A stretch of DNA of 63,917 nt, filler included, from Perkinsus chesapeaki ATCC PRA-425 (lineage: Eukaryota > Protista > Perkinsozoa), in the NCBI GenBank assembly GCA_013115145.1. It is 5 parts of 5 records of this genome, joined end to end, with 100 filler letters (N's around TTAATTAATTAA, not from the genome) between each part and the next. Parts side by side here need not be neighbours in the genome. Positions count along the whole stretch, not along the records: positions 40,356 to 62,359 come from JAAPAO010000587.1; positions 62,460 to 63,917 come from JAAPAO010001950.1; 3 more parts are not named here. One strand, given 5' to 3'. Below, piece after piece: positions 54,739 through 63,917 of this stretch. Position 1 is the stretch's first letter. Each line of letters begins with the position of its first letter. Made by a program: the position numbers and the translations under genes. The notes beneath the pieces are model-generated. The model had not been told where the DNA came from. It saw only the letters and a list, made by a program, of their open reading frames with translations, and did no database searches.

Positions 54739-56151
54739 TTATAAATCGGCTTCCGACACGTGTTCTGAAAGTTCATTTAGATCAATAACAGATCCATTAG
54801 TAATCCCGTAATCTTCAATTGGGCATTCATCAATAAGTTCTTCACCTCTGAATTCCAGAGCAAGCCCGTCCAGCGGAATCTTCAAATCGCGCTGTATTCT
54901 CATTCTAAGTTCCTCCACCAGATAATGTTCGTGGCATAACACTCTATGCTTCTTTTCACTTTTGTCCTCTTTGATATAAACAAGCAGCGGCTTTCCTTTG
55001 GGGTACTCCTTCAGGTTCAACGGGGCTCCTTGACGAACTTCCCTCAGTGTATCATCACAAATTCGCAAGTTGCCTGAGATCTCAAGTCCATTATGGAACA
55101 GTTGTGATCTTATGGAATAGCCCAAACTCCAGAGCGATCGTTTGAGTTCTTCAATGTCGCTGCACGGTTTGATAGGGATCGAGTGGTGTTTGCCCGATGA
55201 ATTCTTCACCTCCACAAATAGGGCCCGATCTAGCTGGAGATAAACGGGGAGGGAGTATTCAGCTGCATGCTTGTAGATGCGGCCACTCGAGAGTTCTTCG
55301 CCTCTGAACATAATCTTCTGCCGATCGACAGGAAAACCAGTGCTCTTCTTTACAGCCTCTTTCACCTTGTCAACGGTATCAGATGGCGCAATGAAAACTG
55401 AGTCTGTCCAGCCATTTAGGTCGATTGCCTCTGCTTCAAGCCCTTCTACAGTCTGCAGTGTAAGAACCAAAAACCCCTCTTCTTTGATACCACAGTCCTT
55501 CATAGTTGCGCGATCATCAAGTTCTTCTCGAGTATTGCTGAATAACTTTTCCTGACCAATAGGAATATCTAACTCATCTCGGAGTCTTTGTTTAACCTCA
55601 CCAATAGTAGTTGACAGAGTAACACCTAGTTCGATCCCACTAGCGACAAAACCACAGCAAGAGATTTCCACGATGCTGACCAACTTGACCATCACATGAT
55701 GAGTGAGTTGCCTACTCACGTACTCGGCAACAGCTCGATAGTCTTGTCTGATGCTACCAGCAACAGCTAGGACTTGCTTATCCGCAGGGATACGAGCCGC
55801 TTTCTCAATCTTAGCTTTGATAGTGGATATGGTGTCAGAGGCGTTCACTGGTATGGTAATTGCATCACCGGTAAGCTTCATGACGGGGATTTCGACGTCA
55901 CCACAATTCCGGAGTACAAATTGAGGATTGAACTTGTTGGCCTCAGCAACACGAGGCAGGAGCTTCTTCACAGTTTGTCGATCATCCTCAATGAGACATT
56001 TGTCGAGGAATAGCATTTGCTCAGCCGGCGGTATACCAGTAGCCTTCGACAGTTTAGTTTTGATATCTTTGATGGTGTCCAAAATTTCTGCCTCGACCAC
56101 CTCAGCTGGCCTGGTCCGCTCAGCATCCGCCAAGAAGAGGTGAGTTGGCAT
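54739..56151 (-). CDS. Poly-ubiquitin-like protein type B, ~6 UBL domains, intronless, 470 aa
   Basis: DTIKDIKTKLSKATGIPPAEQMLF, DTISTIKAKIEKAARIPADKQVL, etc.; no LRGG. Confidence 0.85.
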   Translation of the reverse strand: MPTHLFLADAERTRPAEVVEAEILDTIKDIKTKLSKATGIPPAEQMLFLDKCLIEDDRQTVKKLLPRVAEANKFNPQFVLRNCGDVEIPVMKLTGDAITIPVNASDTISTIKAKIEKAARIPADKQVLAVAGSIRQDYRAVAEYVSRQLTHHVMVKLVSIVEISCCGFVASGIELGVTLSTTIGEVKQRLRDELDIPIGQEKLFSNTREELDDRATMKDCGIKEEGFLVLTLQTVEGLEAEAIDLNGWTDSVFIAPSDTVDKVKEAVKKSTGFPVDRQKIMFRGEELSSGRIYKHAAEYSLPVYLQLDRALFVEVKNSSGKHHSIPIKPCSDIEELKRSLWSLGYSIRSQLFHNGLEISGNLRICDDTLREVRQGAPLNLKEYPKGKPLLVYIKEDKSEKKHRVLCHEHYLVEELRMRIQRDLKIPLDGLALEFRGEELIDECPIEDYGITNGSVIDLNELSEHVSEADL

Positions 56152-56621
56152 TCAGGAATCCTGAAGAAGGATGGAAACTTGATACATAAATATAAGGAAC
56201 ACATAGTGTACCACGGAAGTGACCCATTGAGCCTATTAAGGACACCCATAATGTCATTTGTGAAGTATGTAAGAAGGCACACACGTTGGAATATCGGGCA
56301 AAAGGCACGTAGGGAGTCCCAGTTGCACATCTCTTGAGGGAATCTCATTCGGGAGAGAATACGCACTACGTAACGCAATAGTGAGTATGGATACTTACTA
56401 GGATTCACATATGGTAGGAAATAGCACTATAAGAGAAAAAACGCATATTTGCTAGAGTACGATTATTATACCTATTTAGACCATCCACGCTAATGTTAAA
56501 TGGGCAGGTAAGGCAGACTAGATGGAGACATGAAACTACATTGTAGAGAGTTTACATTTACTCTAAGTAAAAGATAAGAGTTGATTGTTTAGTAATACTT
56601 CGTAATGGAACTTGAAATATT

Positions 56622-58247
56622 CTAACGCCGTCGACTCGACCACGATGGCCTATGACGTCGAGGCTTCGAGCTGCTCACTTCAGCTGTGAGCGTAACAGAG
56701 GATTTATCGTCAATACCACACTCCATCAACGACTTGTTGTCTTCAAGCTCTTCTAGACGATAAACCAGGTTGGCAACTTTGCTCCGCTCGCCTTCTTCTT
56801 GGTGAATCTTTTTCTTTATGCTCTTTATGGTGTCAGTTAGGTGGCATGTGAAAGTCATCTCTTTGCCAGTTGATGATATCACGGTGACATTAGTCTTTAC
56901 TTTCAAAGTAAGACACCTTTTACCAGCTTCCGGTACTCCCTGTGGCAATAAAGTACTGTCCTCCAATAGTTTACCATCGAGATAGAGCTCCTGGTTGGAG
57001 ATGTGATAGCCGCACTTGCTGTAGATCTTAGCTTTCAGTTGACCAACAGTTTCCTGGCTGTCGATGGGAAATGTCCAAGTAGTAGTCATAGCCACATTGA
57101 TGAAGCCTTCGAGATGTATCGTAGAGCCGTTAGTAAGACCATCAGAGGAGTATTCAAGAATAACACTATCATCGTTGAGCAACTGTCCATTAAAGGATAG
57201 CCTCTGGTGCACGGCGGGGCGACCAGAGCAATCGGCAATGATTGCCTTTAGCTCCTTCACAGTCTGGGAAGGATGAACGTTGACCTCAAATTTCTCACCG
57301 GTAGACGACTCCACAAAGACCTTCAAACCAACTTTATGTCGCACGATAACCAAAGCAGTGTCCTCGGCAACATAATCAGACACGAGTCCTTTACTATGAA
57401 CGACTGTATCCCCACACTTAAGCAGCATATTCGATCTTGGAACACCACTTTCGGATTCGAGCATAGTCTTCACACGGTCACACGAATAGGACGAGATAAC
57501 TGGGAAGACAACTTCGCGTCCATCAAGACCTTCGGCAGTAACATAGACCTTTCCGATGGCGTGCAGTTCTAGCTTCAGAAGTAAAGCGTTCTCAATACCG
57601 ATACTGGACATTGTGCAGTCATCATCCAGCAGATTGCCATGGAGATATATCTTCTGTAGGCCTGGAGCAACGCCATGCAAGTCCCTCAAACGCTCTTTGA
57701 TCTCCTTTATTGTACAGAAACTGCTTGCCTCTAAAGTGCACAAGGGGACATGAGGTTCACACAGGTCGTGGACCTCCATCGAGGCGTTGGCCAGAAGTTG
57801 TACGATAACATGACGAGTTGAGAGCCTGTTGATGTACTCTGCCAGCGCGTGGTCGTCCTCTATAAGCTCACCAGGAATAAGCAGCTCAACGTCCTCTGGA
57901 GGAACGCCGCGCTTCTCAGACACTTTCCGCTTCACGCTCTCCACAGTGTCAGTTGGCTCAAGGTCGATCATACCACCTGGGCCTTCGGACGATTTCACAC
58001 AGACTTTGATTTTGTCCTTAAACCGTAGGAACAGATGTAACTTTACTCTCTTCTTGGGGTTGATGTCACCTAGATTTTGGTCGTCTCGTAAAGGTTTACC
58101 GTTAAGAAAGAGAGACTGGTTCTCCTTGGGTATGTGTAATAGCCGCTCAATGCTGAACTTGACATCATCGACAACGTGACAGACATGCAAGTTCAAGACT
58201 ACATCATCACCAGCGATGCTTCGAGGCAAACGAATGTAGGTAGACAT
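56622..58247 (-). CDS. Poly-ubiquitin-like protein type A', ~7 UBL domains plus basic tail, 541 aa
   Basis: Collinear paralog of 50828-52393; C-terminal KPRRHRPSWSSRRR. Confidence 0.85.
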   Translation of the reverse strand: MSTYIRLPRSIAGDDVVLNLHVCHVVDDVKFSIERLLHIPKENQSLFLNGKPLRDDQNLGDINPKKRVKLHLFLRFKDKIKVCVKSSEGPGGMIDLEPTDTVESVKRKVSEKRGVPPEDVELLIPGELIEDDHALAEYINRLSTRHVIVQLLANASMEVHDLCEPHVPLCTLEASSFCTIKEIKERLRDLHGVAPGLQKIYLHGNLLDDDCTMSSIGIENALLLKLELHAIGKVYVTAEGLDGREVVFPVISSYSCDRVKTMLESESGVPRSNMLLKCGDTVVHSKGLVSDYVAEDTALVIVRHKVGLKVFVESSTGEKFEVNVHPSQTVKELKAIIADCSGRPAVHQRLSFNGQLLNDDSVILEYSSDGLTNGSTIHLEGFINVAMTTTWTFPIDSQETVGQLKAKIYSKCGYHISNQELYLDGKLLEDSTLLPQGVPEAGKRCLTLKVKTNVTVISSTGKEMTFTCHLTDTIKSIKKKIHQEEGERSKVANLVYRLEELEDNKSLMECGIDDKSSVTLTAEVSSSKPRRHRPSWSSRRR

Positions 58248-58583
58248 AGACGAGAGTCGATGCAGGTAACTGATGACCAGTAGGGTGGATCTGATACAAA
58301 ACCGCAAGCTGGTTCTAAAGTTCTTGAAAAAGGGAGTCACTCGGCAAATGTTGAGGCTGCTCGCTTATATCGATGTGTCACAGCGATCTAGAGAGCTGAG
58401 TAATGTAGTTGCGATATTATCTCCCAATTGATACTAACTCCAACATAACACCTTCAAGCTGAAACTAGACAATTACTTATTCATATTCGTGAACTTGATA
58501 ATAATCAGAAGTACGCAAAACTGCGAGACAATAAAATGTATAGCTGTGCTCATTGATAGTCAGAGTCCCGCTACCATATCAAC

Positions 58584-59969
58584 TTAAGAGCCTACAAGCC
58601 TCAGAACAAGATGGATCGTTTCTCTGTTGATGAGCCCGTAACTGGTAAGAAGTCTCCCATCTTCGAGCTGCTGACCAGCGAAGATTAGCCTCTGCGCATC
58701 TGGAGGCGTCTCTGTGACGTGATAAATTCTATTCTTGAGATCTTCAACTGTATCGTGATGATACCAGCTTAGGCGTTTATTGTATCCCAAGAGCTGCTTG
58801 ATGTACACGACATATCGAGGGCCGTTGACGGATACATTCAGATTCAGGCGAGCCCCTTGTCGTACCAGACGCATTCTCGCATCACACAGACGTTCATTAT
58901 TGTTGACCTCCTGACCGTCGAAGAGGAGCTGAGGATCTACAGGATAGCCCTTTCTCCATAATGTTCGCTTAAGATCTTTAATAAGGCACCATGGCTTAGC
59001 GGGAATGGTAAGCTCATTACCTGATGAATCTGTTATGTTCACCATCACTGGTCGATTGATACCGAGATAGACAGAGGCCAACTGCTCCGGTACAACGTCG
59101 CATAATCGTCCACTGACGATCTCTTCATCACCGCACATTAACTTTTGGTGGTGAGCAGGAAAGCAGGTCTCCACCTCGACAGCCTCCTTCACGAGATCAA
59201 CTGTATGAGAGGGCGTGATGAAGATATTCGCCCTCCCTCCATCCAACTTATCTGCTTCTGCGTACAGCTTACCCCTAGCCTTCAGTTCGAGGACCAAGAA
59301 CCCTTCATTTTCAATACCGCAGTCTTCCACTGTAGCATGATCAGAGACGAGCTCTCCGACTTTGTCATTCATTTTTTGCTGAGCCAGCGGAACTCCCCAC
59401 TTGTCTCTGACTATGCGTTTAACTTGCCCAATAGTAGTTGACGGAGTAACATCAAATGCGATATCGCGGTCACCGTATGTCAGAGGCCTCTGATGGATGG
59501 TTACGGTAGCGAACTGGTGGACGATGACGTGACGAGTCAACTGCCTTTTGAGGTAGTCGGCAATGGCTTGACCGTCTTGTCTGATGCTACCAGCAACAGC
59601 TATAACTTGTTCTCCAGGACGAATGCCTGTAACACCTTCAATCTTATCCTTAATAGTCACTACCGTATCAGAACCACAAATAGAGATATGCACAGCCTCA
59701 CCGTTGAGCCTTTTAACAGGGACGCTGACTTCGCCACACTCTCGGTAAGCAAGCCGAAGATCTTGCTCATCACCGTGGTTGATACCCGACAGGACTTGAT
59801 CGTCGCGGAGAGGACCGCCATCTAGAGAAAGCAGTTCTGGGACATGTAAGATGCCAGTAGCTTTCTGGACTTTATCCCTGATGTCGTTAATGGTAGCCGA
59901 TACTTCAGCATCGATAGTTACAGCGGGTATATCCCTCTCAGCATCGCCAAGAAGGAGGTGGGTTGGCAT
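58584..59969 (-). CDS. Poly-ubiquitin-like protein type B', ~6 UBL domains, 461 aa
   Basis: Collinear paralog of 54739-56151; last domain [40 protein letters not shown] is close to ubiquitin but ends VGS. Confidence 0.87.
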   Translation of the reverse strand: MPTHLLLGDAERDIPAVTIDAEVSATINDIRDKVQKATGILHVPELLSLDGGPLRDDQVLSGINHGDEQDLRLAYRECGEVSVPVKRLNGEAVHISICGSDTVVTIKDKIEGVTGIRPGEQVIAVAGSIRQDGQAIADYLKRQLTRHVIVHQFATVTIHQRPLTYGDRDIAFDVTPSTTIGQVKRIVRDKWGVPLAQQKMNDKVGELVSDHATVEDCGIENEGFLVLELKARGKLYAEADKLDGGRANIFITPSHTVDLVKEAVEVETCFPAHHQKLMCGDEEIVSGRLCDVVPEQLASVYLGINRPVMVNITDSSGNELTIPAKPWCLIKDLKRTLWRKGYPVDPQLLFDGQEVNNNERLCDARMRLVRQGARLNLNVSVNGPRYVVYIKQLLGYNKRLSWYHHDTVEDLKNRIYHVTETPPDAQRLIFAGQQLEDGRLLTSYGLINRETIHLVLRLVGS

Positions 59970-60363
59970 GCGGCGTTGAAGCACCAAAAGCCTGCATCCG
60001 GATGACCCGAGCGTGACCGCGATACTGGAATGGCTTAGGCATAAACTTGTGAATATACAATCCTCTTGCCGGAAAGTTCCCCGTGGATTAGTGATTCAAT
60101 ATGACAGGCCGGCTGGTTCATTGCCAGCACGTACCATCACGCCACTGCGCACGCCCAAACAATCTATTAATCACCAAATCAGCGCAACAGATACGGCACG
60201 CAACCTCAAAGAGTCTCAATGTTTAACGAAAACTAGATCACACCGTCGAAATAACATCCCTTACATCGATGTGCTTCTTCTTGTGCTCGAGTGGTTATGC
60301 AAGTAACAAATACGCTCCCCTCAAATTCCCATGCGCAGAGCGAACATCACAAAAGTATAAATA

Positions 60364-61197
60364 TTAACTGCTTCTCCTCTGCCGACGTTCCAAACCAACT
60401 GATGGCACCAAAGAGTAGGTATCTTTGCAACCGCTATTCAAAGGGACTTCAAGTACTTTCCTATCGGCGCTTATTGTTATACCAGTCAAGAAAGTGTTGC
60501 TGTAGTAACCTTCAGAATCTGTCACAATAACAAGGCAATAATCCGACAGGGTTATAGTTGTCGTCCCTTCCTGATGAGCAGTATATCCACACTTGTAGCT
60601 TCCACTGGGAAGTTTGCCACTCACTGACGTGATATAAACCAAACCGTGATATTCCATAGTAAAGTCAAACTTCTGGATGCGCGCTTCACTAGTAGGTCCT
60701 TCATTCAACACATAAGCAGCTTGCAAGGGGTACGTCAACCTGAGGGGGGGATTCATCATAGAGGGGTTGCACGAATCACATATGTATTGATCTTCCTGTC
60801 CGCCCGAGAGAGGCATATAGAAGGTTTGATAATCAGATGAGACGGTTATACCAGTGAGTAAACTGGTAGCATAGTACCCAGCAGAGTCGGTTACAATCAC
60901 ACGACAATCTTCAGCAAGATTAACTGTAACACGTGGGGCACCAGATTTCCGAAATACAGAGTATCTACACTGATATGAGCCCATCGCGCCAGCAGCAGAC
61001 ACCATGGTGATTTGACCAGCGTTGACGAAGTCTAATCTCTCTATGGGTGCAGCTCGATGAGTTGGAGATGGAACGATGGTATATGACTTAGCAAATGGGA
61101 AGGCAAGGCCGGCTGAATCGTTCTTGTGGATGAAGACCAATCCATGGCACAGTACCAGGGGTAGCAACAGAGATACCACACTTGAGGGTAACAACAT
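60364..61197 (-). CDS. Secreted protein with two internally duplicated ~120-aa domains, intronless, 277 aa
   Basis: Signal peptide MLLPSSVVSLLLPLVLCHG; repeats GSYQCRY...DCRVIVTDSAGYYATSLLTGITVSSD / GSYKCGY...YCLVIVTDSEGYYSNTFLTGITISAD. Confidence 0.8.
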   Translation of the reverse strand: MLLPSSVVSLLLPLVLCHGLVFIHKNDSAGLAFPFAKSYTIVPSPTHRAAPIERLDFVNAGQITMVSAAGAMGSYQCRYSVFRKSGAPRVTVNLAEDCRVIVTDSAGYYATSLLTGITVSSDYQTFYMPLSGGQEDQYICDSCNPSMMNPPLRLTYPLQAAYVLNEGPTSEARIQKFDFTMEYHGLVYITSVSGKLPSGSYKCGYTAHQEGTTTITLSDYCLVIVTDSEGYYSNTFLTGITISADRKVLEVPLNSGCKDTYSLVPSVGLERRQRRSS

Positions 61198-61703
61198 TAT
61201 AGGAAGATTAAGGTCCAAATCCTAAGCTTATTGAGGGCGCCGAAAACCCTAACGTATGCGTGCAACTGTGTGGATCACATAGCGTATAGCAAACTGTGCA
61301 AAGGACATTGAAAAGAAAGCCGTTATCAGTTCCCTACATTTACTTAGCTACAAATTTACTCAGCTATAATGACATCATAGCACAGCTAGTGTATATAGAA
61401 GGATCTATCCCATGACAGGAAGTACACAAACACTTACATATTATCCACTACTTCACAATCATTGCGGCCCGGCGCCTGCTGTCTTCGCCTCCGTTTCTGT
61501 TTGCTGACGCTTCAGAATCGCTGGTCTCACTTGAGAAGACTGCGAAGGTCCTGGAGAGCCGTCCGTCGTACTTAGATTTATCGTTATCTCATTGTTGTGA
61601 TACGGTCTCCGTAAACCCTGTACTTTTTGAGTCAAGCCATCCAGTCCGCAGGCGCGCTGCCAAGCACCATGATCGTACTGCGCTCAGCTAAGGCTTGGCT
61701 GTT

Positions 61704-62016
61704 GGGGAAGAGCACGCTCAGAATGATTGGAGTTCATCTCAGGCTGCTCACCTCCCAACGTAACCAGGAAGTTCAAGGATGAGCCAGAACCACTCTAGCG
61801 TGTATGGGTGGCACGACTATGGCTTGTGCCAACATACGCGGGGTTGGTCGGCGAGCGCGAACAACGAGAGCGCACACGCCAACAAAAGTGTACGCGAGCA
61901 CAATGAGATGGGGAGGGCAAACGGCCCTCGTTACTAACCTCGTTGCTGAACTTTTCAACTACCAGCCCACCCGAGATGTTTTGGAGGGGGGGAAGAGCAC
62001 GCTCAGAATGGTTGGA
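61704..62016. repeat. 28-bp direct repeat pair flanking 257 bp
   Basis: GGGGAAGAGCACGCTCAGAATG(A/G)TTGGA at 61704-61731 and 61989-62016. Confidence 0.7.
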
Positions 62017-62359
62017 TCCCAGAATGAGCAATTCGTGCTGAACATGAAATGACCTCACAAATTTGTCACCCGTGTGGTCATTGTGATACTTCACCTAGGA
62101 CTGTGTTATGGAGAGTTCCTTCCCAAGGATGACGAGTACCCACAAGATAAGAACCGTTAGCCAATGAAGATCAGATGCGTGCTAAAGGAACTTCAACGAT
62201 GAACTCTCCACTGAGGTACTTCAGTTAGTGATGGAGTCTTCCAGGATATCCAGCTATCTACACCTTTTCAATCTCAAATTCGTCAGACAAAAGGGAAAGT
62301 TGAATGAACAAAACCAGCTTTTCGTCAAACAAAAGTTTCAAATCACTGAACGAAAGTCA

Positions 62360-62459
62360 NNNNNNNNNNNNNNNNNNNNNNNNNNNNNNNNNNNNNNNNN
62401 NNNTTAATTAATTAANNNNNNNNNNNNNNNNNNNNNNNNNNNNNNNNNNNNNNNNNNNN
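62360..62459. other. Assembly gap with TTAATTAATTAA linker
   Basis: N-run with linker. Confidence 0.97.
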
Positions 62460-62460
62460 T

Positions 62461-62556
62461 TCCAAGAAAGGCCTCAAAGATTCCACTGGGAAGGTTGTCC
62501 TTCCATTCGGACGAATCGACGCAGACAAAGCTGTGGCCAAACTGATACCAAGATAG
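62461..62556 (+). CDS. C-terminal fragment of a probable subtilisin-like serine protease (5' part in gap)
   Basis: SKKGLKDSTGKVVLPFGRIDADKAVAKLIPR* resembles the S8 terminal (Y/F)GxxDAxxAV motif. Confidence 0.5.
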   Translation, partial: SKKGLKDSTGKVVLPFGRIDADKAVAKLIPR

Positions 62557-63917
62557 GCCACCTCATTATGGTCGCCCTGTCCGTCTTTTACCGACGCAAT
62601 ATTTTTAGTAACTGTAAAATAATCAATAGGATCAATCAGGGATCAAATAATCAACCCCTTTTAGTCGTATATTTATCTTGTTCGCGTCGAAGTTCCCTGA
62701 AGTGAAGCTTTCAATCCATCAAGACCATCCGTCAAGAGTAATAAGTCTTCGTCTCTATGCCGTTTTATGCTTCAACGTGCAGGAGCGCATGTGTGTTTTG
62801 CTCGGGCCGAGCTAAGGCCGTTATTCATCACTGATGATTCATCAGCATATGTATCAGGGTCGTAGGTAGGCCCCCGTAACGAGGTTAAACTTCAAACGTT
62901 AAAGTGCTTAGATTTGTTGAACTCCATCACATATTGAGCTCCTTTTCTTATTGAGACCTTTGATGGTTTAGAGTTCAGTCCAGGGCGGCAGTCTTCCCGG
63001 GAATCTTTCAGTTGGGAAACGGGACGGACTATTTCCGAACTTTGTTTCCTCCAAAAGTTGAGCTGGAAGAGGTTTCGGTTTGGGTATCCATGTCAAAGCA
63101 GCAAGTGACCCAGGGCCATCTAGGGGGCCGTTTTTGCCCCAAATGCCTATATCGGGCACAAATGATGTGCCTGGAATTATTGGAAAGCCACTCTATTGAA
63201 TGATGTCATGACATTGTCATCGTCAAGTAGGTCGCTTTGTGAGAGCCTTAAAGTCTCGGCCTTTAGGTCAGTGATGCCTTTACAACGCCCAATCCCGCTC
63301 TCTCGTGTGAAGCAGCCACAGGGCCGAGTGCTAACTGTGTAATTCACAGTGACTTGCACAGTACAACACACACTCTCCGAGAGTGACTCTCGTGGAAGTG
63401 ACTTCCACGGCGTGGAAGTCTGGGAAACTGAGCGTGGAATCCACGCTCAGTTTCTTGTGTAGCACAAGACATTATGTGTAGCGTAAAATAGCGACTACAA
63501 TTCGAGGAGTGCTACTGTTTTCTTTGGAGGCCACGCATTGCTTGGAGGTGCAAACCCACGGATGCGCTCGCCCGGGAATTGCTAGCTTGCGTTATTGAGG
63601 AACGCTGATGATCAGGCTAGGAACAGGTATTGCTAAAGAGCTGCCCTGCTATACGATCTGTGCAGGCAGACTTGTGGACTCGTTCCCACTATAAGGAACA
63701 CTGGAAACCCAGACGATGAGTTACCGGCCCCTGTCCATACTGGTCCGATCGACCCAGTCCAAAATGAGGAGTTCCCTAATGCCAAGCGCGCTAAGCTGTG
63801 TTCCTCGATCCGATCGAGGAGGGTTCGTGTACTTTGATGCCTACAATGGAGATGCACCTGAAAATCACGAAAACCTGGTAACCGCCTAGTGATTACCGCG
63901 GAAATCGCGAAAAGGTA

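Overview
Eukaryotic draft-assembly sequence, most consistent with a Perkinsus-like alveolate (inferred from many ~45-65 nt GT-AG introns, a BT1 folate transporter, lineage-type secreted proteins and a subtilisin tail). It is five contigs joined by 100-nt N spacers with a TTAATTAATTAA linker, so adjacency across gaps is unproven. Contig 1 (1-6289): intronless BT1 transporter and a 534-bp foldback element with modular subrepeats. Contig 2 (6390-32641): dense, mostly minus-strand housekeeping cluster (HEAT-repeat protein, RRM1, DNAJC9-like, ISD11/LYRM4-like, PMM, hypothetical, DeSI/PPPDE, AMPK-alpha) and an SH3-like/WW/LRR gene. A 155-nt intron of that gene contains a sense-strand tRNA-Leu(UAA), and gene segment plus tRNA are duplicated 7098 bp away. 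Contig 3 (32742-40255): small secreted proteins and a hairpin-dense element. Contig 4 (40356-62359): four membrane-anchored UbiG/COQ3-like methyltransferases (ABAB) sharing a homogenised AT-rich core, a helical-repeat (HPR/FAST-like) gene, four intronless genes made of 6-7 divergent ubiquitin-like domains lacking di-Gly junctions (ABAB), and a two-domain secreted protein. Contig 5: end of a subtilisin-like gene. Exon structures were read by eye and multi-exon boundaries are approximate.
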